Shown: positions 57,281 to 64,000 of the stretch, piece after piece
Numbering within the stretch: position 1 is the first letter of the stretch
How the letters are laid out: each line of letters opens with the position of its first letter
Assembly (NCBI GenBank): GCA_963823035.1
Contig: CAWGKG010000012.1
Location: 64,001 to 128,000, forward strand
Direction: 5' to 3'
Origin: an uncultured Gemmatimonadales bacterium
Lineage (GTDB): Bacteria > Gemmatimonadota > Gemmatimonadetes > Longimicrobiales > Gaopeijiaceae
DNA: 64,000 bases
Notes under the pieces: generated by a model
The model's database searches: none
Told to the model about the DNA's origin: nothing
What the model saw: the letters and a program-made list of their open reading frames with translations, nothing else
Made by a program: the position numbers and the translations under genes

Positions 57281-57910
57281 TCACTTCGAACTGCAATCGG
57301 TCTGCGTTCCGTCGAGCGTCGCCATGGCGTTGCGGCCCTTGATCCAGAACACCTGGCCCGCAGCCTCGTCGGCATAGCGCGCACCGCTGCCCGAGATACC
57401 CTGGTCGAGGATCAGGCTTCTCCCGTCGTCCAGGGCCAGATGCACCGCGGACGACGGGCCGTTGACGAAGACGGCGACCAGGCTGGTGCCGTCGGCGCAG
57501 GTGTAGGCGACCGGCCCGATGCTGATGCCGTCGCGGTCGTCGGCCAACGCGGGATCGCCCATGCGCAGGGCTGCGATCCGGTCGATGTAGGCGGCGCGCA
57601 GGCAGGCGGCGTCGACACAGTCGTTGCGGACGGCGAGCCACGCGGTATGAGCTGCCTCCAGCGCATACCGCTCGCTGCTTGCGGCATCCTGCTGGGCGTT
57701 GGCGTAGAGCCGGGCAACCTCGTGATCGAGCGCGCTGGTGCCGGCGTCGGCGCAGGCCAGGGCAGCGACGCCGCCCGCATTCGAGCAGTCCAGCACCGAG
57801 CCCTCGTCGCCACCGGCTTGGGTGCCGGAAGGTGTCAGGCACGCCGCAACGACAACGGCCGCCGCGAAGCGGACGGTCAGGCTGCAAATTCGGCAACGCC
57901 GCGTGACCAT
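57281..57910 (-). CDS. Exported LprI (DUF1311) + MliC lysozyme-inhibitor protein
   Basis: LDCSNA..ACAD..WLAVRNDC..CLRAAYIDRI; YTCADG..ISGSGARY..FWIKG. Confidence 0.85.
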   Translation of the reverse strand: MVTRRCRICSLTVRFAAAVVVAACLTPSGTQAGGDEGSVLDCSNAGGVAALACADAGTSALDHEVARLYANAQQDAASSERYALEAAHTAWLAVRNDCVDAACLRAAYIDRIAALRMGDPALADDRDGISIGPVAYTCADGTSLVAVFVNGPSSAVHLALDDGRSLILDQGISGSGARYADEAAGQVFWIKGRNAMATLDGTQTDCSSK

Positions 57911-57917
57911 GGCCCCG

Positions 57918-58478
57918 TCAGATCGGCTCGCCCTCGACCTTGGGCACGAGATCGTCGGCGCGCTTGGCGACATTGGGCATGTGAGGGTTGACCTTGAGCG
58001 CCTTGCGGTACCAGGCGAGTGCGGTGGCATCGTCGCCCTTGCTCTCGTAGTTCAGGCCGAGACCGGAGAGCGCGCCGAAGTGGCGCGGCTCAAGCTCCAG
58101 CACCTTCATGCAGTCGGCGATCGAGTTATCGTAGCGGCCCAACAGGTAATAGACCGTGGCCCGCTTGTTCCAGCCCTCGGCGAAGTCGGGGGCAAGGTCG
58201 ATGACCTGGCTGAAATCGGCGGCCGCCTCCTCCAGGTCGCCGACCTGCATGGCGCGGGTGCCCTGCTCCATCAGCCCGTTGAGCTTGTCGTCATGGGCAT
58301 CGAGCCAGATCGACCAGATGAGGCTGGTCAGGACCTGGGCCTCGCCTTCGTCCGTGGTGGTCTGAAGCCGGTCCAAGAGCTGGTCGAGGCGCGGATCGTC
58401 CTGGGCGGCCGACACGGCGGGCGCCAGCCACAACAGCAGCGTGCAGGCGACGGCGGCAATGCTGGCAAGCCTCGACAT
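57918..58478 (-). CDS. Exported TPR protein
   Basis: Signal peptide, [39 protein letters not shown]. Confidence 0.9.
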   Translation of the reverse strand: MSRLASIAAVACTLLLWLAPAVSAAQDDPRLDQLLDRLQTTTDEGEAQVLTSLIWSIWLDAHDDKLNGLMEQGTRAMQVGDLEEAAADFSQVIDLAPDFAEGWNKRATVYYLLGRYDNSIADCMKVLELEPRHFGALSGLGLNYESKGDDATALAWYRKALKVNPHMPNVAKRADDLVPKVEGEPI

Positions 58479-58689
58479 CGGCCAAGTCTAGAAACCTGCC
58501 CGGCCGCTGCCAAGCGACGAGCCAACACAAGCCGGTGAACGCCCCGAATTCGAAAGGGCCGCGCCCCTGCGGGCGACGGCCCTTCCTGGTGTAGTGCTTC
58601 GGGCTCTTCGCAATGCGAGGCCTGAAGCGGCTGTCGGCGAGCGCGCGGGCCGGACCCGAGCGCCGCCGCGGCGGTCTCTTGCGCGTCAT
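58291..58689 (-). CDS. ArfA-like small basic protein, probably made from a non-stop mRNA (functional part about 58550-58689)
   Basis: GGAG RBS 7 nt before [30 protein letters not shown]; hairpin over codons 36-46. Confidence 0.6.
   Translation of the reverse strand: MTRKRPPRRRSGPARALADSRFRPRIAKSPKHYTRKGRRPQGRGPFEFGAFTGLCWLVAWQRPGRFLDLADVEACQHCRRRLHAAVVAGARRVGRPGRSAPRPALGPASDHHGRRRGPGPDQPHLVDLARCP
58553..58584 (-). terminator. Hairpin inside the ArfA-like ORF (terminator or processing site)
   Basis: Minus strand AAGGGCCG-T-CGCCC-GCAG-GGGCG-CGGCCCTT, then TCGAATTC. Confidence 0.55.
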
Positions 58690-58714
58690 GGCGGTTCTCC
58701 GGGGTTGTCGACCC

Positions 58715-60043
58715 TTAAGAAATGGTCCGTTCGGCCACCTCGCGCAAGGCCATGGGTCGCGGTCCGCCGGTCGCCCAGTCGAGCAGCTCGACCGGGTGCA
58801 TGACCGGCAGGTCCGAGGCCGCCGGCGATCTGGACCATGCAGCCGACATTGCCGGCGGCGACCGCATCGGCGCCCGGTGGCGGCGATGTTGGCGACCTTG
58901 CGCGCACGCAGGCGGTCGGCGAGCTCGGGCTGCAGCAGGTTGTAGGTGCCGGCCGAGCCGCAGCAGATGTGGCCCTCGGGGATGTCGACGACGGTGAAGC
59001 CGGCCGCGTGCAAGCAGGTCGCGCGGCGCGCCGTCGATGCGCTGGCCGTGCTGCAGCGAGCAGGCCGCGTGATAGGCGACGACCGGCGCAGCGCCCGGCG
59101 CGGCCGGCGCCTCCTCGCAGGCCGAGCTCCGCCACGACCTCGCTGACGTCGCGCGCCAGCGCCGAGAGCGCGGCGGCGCGGGCCGCCCAGTCGGGCTCGT
59201 TGCGCAGCAGGAAGCCGTAGTCCTTCAGCTGGGTGCCGCAGCCCGAGGCATTGGCGATGACGGCGTCGAACGCGCCCGGCCGCGCTCCCAGGCGGCGATG
59301 TTGCTTGCGCGCGGCCAGCGCGCGGCCTCGGCCTCGCGTCCCATGTGGTGGGCCAGCGCGCCGCAGCAGCCGGCGCCGCGGCGCGACCACGACCTCGCAG
59401 CCGAGCCGCGTCAGCAGGCGCACGGTCGCCTCGTTGATCTGGGGCGTCAGCACCTGCTGGGCGCAGCCGGCGAGCAGCGCGACGCGCATGCGCCGCTCGC
59501 CCTCGGCCGGGATGCACTGCGGGCCGGTCGGACGGCGGACGGCGGCGGCGAGCCGCGCGCGGCGCCATGGCGATCATGTGCGCGCAGCCGCCCGGCAGCA
59601 GGCCCGGCGAACGGCCGCGCCAGCGCGGCGCCGACCAGGGCCAGGCGGAAGCGGCCGGGATGCGGCAGCAGCGCGGCGAGCAGGCCGCGCAGCAGGCGCT
59701 CGGCCGCAGCGGCCGACGGTAGGTCTCCTCGATATGGCGGCGGGCGTGATCGACCAGGTGCATGTAGTTGACGCCCGACGGGCAGGTCGTCATGCAGGAG
59801 AGGCACGACAGGCAGCGGTCGACATGGCGCGCCACCGTCGGCGTCGGCCGGCCGGTCCGTTCTCCAGCATGTCCTTGATCAGGTAGATGCGGCCGCGCGG
59901 GCTGTCGCGCTCGTCGCCGAGCAGCACGTAGGTCGGGCAGGTCGCCAGTGCAGAAGCCGCAGTGGACGCAGGTCCTGCAGGATGCGCTCGGCCTCCGTGA
60001 CGTGCGGGATCGGCGAGCTGGGCCAGGTGAAGCGGGTCTGCAT
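58715..60043 (-). CDS. glcF: Glycolate oxidase Fe-S subunit (frameshifted)
   Basis: [61 protein letters not shown]. Confidence 0.94.
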
Positions 60044-60048
60044 CGCCC

Positions 60049-61290
60049 TCAGACGCCCGCGATACATGCGGCCGGGATTGAGCATGCCCTGCGGGTCGAA
60101 GCCCTCCTTGATGCGCCGGGTCAGCGCCGCACCGTGTCGCCGGCTGGGGCTGGAAGACGGCGACCGCCGGCTGCAGCGCCGTCGGGCGCGCGGACCAGGG
60201 TGGCGTGGCCGCCGGCCGTCGCGCGACGCGCCGCACGGATCGCCGGCCATCGCCGTCGCTCGGCCGGCACGGCGAGCCAGACCAGGCCGCCGCCCCAGTC
60301 GAGACAGCCGGTCGCCGCCATCGGCCGTGCAGCGCCGCCAGCACGGCGCCGCCGGCGGCCGGCGGCACCGAGAGGCGCCAGACCGCGTCGGCCGTCGGCC
60401 GGCGAGCGGCGCGACGTCGCGCATCTCGCGCCAGAAGGCGACGCGAGTTGTGGCTGTGCAGCTCCTCGACCTCGCCGTGGCGGCCGAGCAGCTCGCGCAG
60501 CGCCGCGCAGCGCGCGCCGACCGAGGCCGGCGGCCCCTCGACCCGCAGCGCCGTGACCGACGCGCCGGCGCCGGCGACATAGGAGACCGCCGAGCGCGCC
60601 GCGACCGCGGCCGGCAGATGGGCGGCGCCGGAGACCTCGTGCGGGCTGCGCCAGCGCCGCGCCCAGCACGGCGACGCGCCGCTGCGTCGTCGAGGCCGAG
60701 CGACCAGCACCGTGCGCGTCTTCTCCGGCGTCGGCAGCACCTTGACCGTGACCTCGGTCATCACCGCCAGCGTGCCGAAGGAGCCGGCCATGCAGCTTGG
60801 ACAGGTCGTAGCCGGTGACGTTCTTCACCACCCGGCCGCCGGCCTTGACAGCTCGCCGCGGCCGGTCGACCGCGCTCGAAGCCCAGGAAGTGGTCGCGCG
60901 CCGCGCCGGCCTTGATGCGGCGCGGGCCGGAGAGGTTGGCGGCGAGCACGCCGCCGATGGTCGCCGTTCCGGCCGGCGCGCCGAGCAGCGGGCCGAGGTC
61001 CGGCGGCTCGAAGGCGAGCTGCTGGCGCGTCTGGCGCAGCAGTCCCTCGATCTCGGCCAGCGGCGTGCCGGCGCCGGCGCGTCAGCACCAGCTCGTCCGG
61101 CTCGTAGAGGCTGATGCCGGCCAGGCCCGGAGAGGTCGAGGCGATGCGCCGCCGCGACCGGCGTGGCCGAAGGCCGCGCTTGGTGCCGCGCGCCGACGAT
61201 CTCCAGCGGCGCTGCGTTCGCGCCGCGGCCCAGGCCAGCGCCTCGCGCGACGCTGCTTCGGCGTCGGCCGGGCTGCAGGGTGTCGGCCAT
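60049..61290 (-). CDS. glcE: Glycolate oxidase FAD subunit GlcE (frameshifted)
   Basis: [48 protein letters not shown]. Confidence 0.93.
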
Positions 61291-61299
61291 GCGCGCCGC

Positions 61300-62822
61300 T
61301 CAGAACCGCGGCAGGTCGGGGAACGGCAGCTCGCCGCGGTGGACGTGCATGCGGCCGAGCTCGGCGCAGCGGTGCAGCGTCGGGAAGACCTTGCCCGGGT
61401 TGAGCAGGCCGTCGGGATCGAAGGCGCACTTGACGCGCTGCTGCTGCTCGAGGTCGTCCTCGGTGAACATCGCGCCCATCAGGTCGCGCTTCTCGACGCC
61501 GACGCCGTGCTCGCCGGTCAGCACGCCGCCGACCTCGACGCACAGCCTCAGGATGTCGGCGCCGAAGGCCTCCGCCTTGCTCGAGCTCGCCCGGCTTGTT
61601 GGCGTCGTACAGGATCAGCGGATGCAGGTTGCCGTCGCCGGCATGGAAGACGTTGGCGACGCCGCAGCCCGTAGCGTCTTCGGAGAGCTCGCGCCATGCG
61701 CGCCAGCACCTCGGGCAGGCGGCTGGCGCGGGATGGTGCCGTCCATGCAGTAGTAGTCGGGCGAGATGCGGCCGACCGCCGGGAAGGCCGCCTTGCGCCC
61801 GGCCCAGAAGCGCTGCGCGCTCGGCCTCGCTGGTCGACTGCGCTGCGATGGCACGGCGCCGTTGCTCGCGCGGCGATCGCGCTCGACCCGCGTCGATCAG
61901 GTGCGTCGACCTCGGCCTGCCGGGCCGTCGAGCTCGACGATCAGCAGCGCCTCGACGTCGAGCGGATAGCCGGCGTGGCACGAAGTCCTCGGCGGCGTGG
62001 ATCGCGGGCCGGTCCATCATCTCCATGCCGCCCGGGATGATGCCGGCGGCGATGATCGTCGGCGACGCAGTCGCCGGCGTCGCTCGACGTCGGCGAAGCC
62101 GATCAGCAGCGGCGCGCGCCGTCTCGCGGCTTGCGGCAGGATGCGCACCGTCACCTCGGTGATGACGCCGAGCAGGCCCTCCGAGCCGGTCAGCGATGCC
62201 GAGCAGGTCGTAGCCGTCGGCGTCGAGATGCTTGCCGCCGAGGCGCACGACGTCGCCGTCCATCAGCACGATCTCGAGCCCGAGCAGGTTGTTGGTCGTC
62301 AGGCCGTATTTCAGGCAGTGCACGCCGCCGGAGTTCTCCGCGACGTTGCCGCCGATCGAGCAGGCGATCTGGCTGGAGGGATCGGGCGCGTAGTAGAAGC
62401 CGTCGGCCTCGACCGGCCTGGGTGATCGCCGAGGTTGGTGACGCCCGGCTGCGCCACGACGCAGCGGTTGGCGTAGTCGATCTCGAGGATGCGGTTGAAC
62501 TTGCCGAGGCCCAGCAGCGATGCCGTCGGCGAGCGGCAGGGCGCCGCCCGACAGGGCGGTGCCGGAGCCGCGCGGCACGACCTTGACGCCGTTGCGCCGC
62601 GGCACAGCTTCAGGATCATCGGAGACCTGCGCCGATGGTCTCCGGCAGCGACGACGGCCAGCGGCAGGGTGCGGTAGGCGGAGAGCCGTCGCATTCGTAG
62701 GCGCGCAGGCCGATCGCGTCGGCGATCACGCCCTCGCCCGGCGGACGATGCCGCTGAGAGCTCGGCGAGGAAGATCGTCCCGGTTGCGCGAGCACCGCCC
62801 GGTCCGGTTCCGGCATCAGCAT
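61300..62822 (-). CDS. glcD: Glycolate oxidase subunit GlcD (frameshifted)
   Basis: [56 protein letters not shown]. Confidence 0.95.
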
Positions 62823-62991
62823 GGTTTGGCCATCGACAAGCCCGGAACTCCGGCCTGCTTGCGCCCTGTGAGCGCGTCAACGGCCGGTCGGCGATTTCAA
62901 GGGCCTGGGCGCCTTGCCGGCCATAAACGTCAACGCCGGGCAAGCCCGGCGCTCGGAAGGCCCGTGCGGCACCGCAGGCCGCGCCGGACGA

Positions 62992-63120
62992 TCAGCCCTG
63001 GCGCGCCTTAAAGCGCGGGTTCTGCTTGTTGATGACGAAGATGCGGCCCTTGCGGCGGACGATGCGGCAGAGCCGCGTGGCGCTGTCTTCATCGAGCTGC
63101 AGCGAATTGACGATCTTCAT
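62992..63120 (-). CDS. rpmJ: 50S ribosomal protein bL36, type B (not in the ORF track; local indels)
   Basis: [32 protein letters not shown]. Confidence 0.93.
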   Translation of the reverse strand: MKIVNSLQLDEDSATRLCRIVRRKGRIFVINKQNPRFKARQG

Positions 63121-63233
63121 CGCGTGGTCTCTCGAATTACGTCTGCCGAAAGGCTCTCCGTCAGATCGGCCACCAGAAGGCGCGGACCATACTGATCCGC
63201 CCGGCCGGCGTCAACGGCCGTTCGGCGCGCGAG

Positions 63234-63739
63234 TCACTTCTTGAGGTGAAATGGTAGCACCTCGAGTTCGAGGTCGCCGGCGGGGCGCTTCCAGGTGACG
63301 ACGTCGCCGACCGTGGGCGCCGATCGAGAGCGCGTGCGAGCGGCGAAACCCAACTTACCATGCCCTTGTCGATGTCGGCCTGGTTCTCGCCGACGATGCG
63401 CTAGCTGCTGCGCCTTGCCGTCCTCGCCGGCGACCTTGACCGTGGCGCCGAAGGCGACCTCGTCGGCCGGCTGGTCGCTCGGGTCGACCACCACGGCATG
63501 CTGGATGCGACCCTGACGTAGCGCAGGTCGCGCTCGACATGGGCGCGCCGGCTGCGGTCGGTGATGTTCTCCTTGTCGTCATCGAGCTTCGCGAGCTGGT
63601 CCTTCAGCTCGTCGCGCCAGGTTTCGAGCGCGGCGAAACCCTCCGGCGTGACGTAATTCGGGATCGGCTCCTGCGGCAGCTCGGTCAGCTCGTCGGCGAC
63701 AAGGTCGCCATCCGGTTCCTTGACGAAGGCTCGGCTCAT
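63234..63739 (-). CDS. GreA/GreB family elongation factor (frameshifted)
   Basis: MSRAFVKE, PNYVTPEG, RDLRY, VAFGATV, RIVGE, SWVSPLARAL. Confidence 0.85.
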
Positions 63740-64000
63740 GGTCCCCTCCCGCAGGGCCCCGGGACGGGACAGGCTGCGTCGTGATGTCAGTCCCACATAT
63801 GGGGCCGATTCGGGCGAAAGCCAAGCTTTCCCGACGCTTACGCCAGAGCCGGATCGATCAAGACGGAGTTGCTCAGGCGACCCCGTCTTGATCGTTAATC
63901 CGTCTCGACATCACAAAGATCGAGCAGATTCACGCGTCACGACCAAGCCATTGGGTGGCTCGGTCGTGACGCGATCTGCTCGAGCCGGCCTTCCGGCTCC

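Overview
GC-rich alphaproteobacterial chromosome segment. The split pntAA/pntAB/pntB, trcR (DUF1013), type-B rpmJ and general gene order point to a Rhodospirillales-like organism. The backbone is housekeeping: tolQ-ybgC-ruvBAC-yebC, prpE, hldE, ubiX, purEK, def, rpsU, pnt, ABC1 kinase-pepF, fadD, a TacA-like regulator, IOR, ttuD-pyk, glcDEF, rpmJ and a gre factor. Accessory genes are interspersed: GNATs, hydrolases, a DMSP-lyase-like cupin, an amidase/TetR/PotD module and two FitA/VapC toxin-antitoxin pairs. Many conserved genes carry dense indels while most accessory genes are clean, which most likely reflects assembly or polishing error; boundaries of frameshifted genes are therefore approximate. 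No rRNA, tRNA, CRISPR array, integrase or classical transposase was recognised. The two best leads are (1) a ~1.6-kb unit (50996-52600) bounded by an 8-bp direct repeat, carrying a TA pair and a LexA-boxed uncharacterised gene whose frame continues across the predicted circle junction, and (2) an unannotated ArfA-like small ORF (start 58689, minus strand) with a strong hairpin inside its coding sequence and no nearby stop codon. Also seen: a structured repeat with compensatory base changes, two deletion scars and an rpsU lacking a canonical start codon. All family assignments are by motif recognition, not database search.
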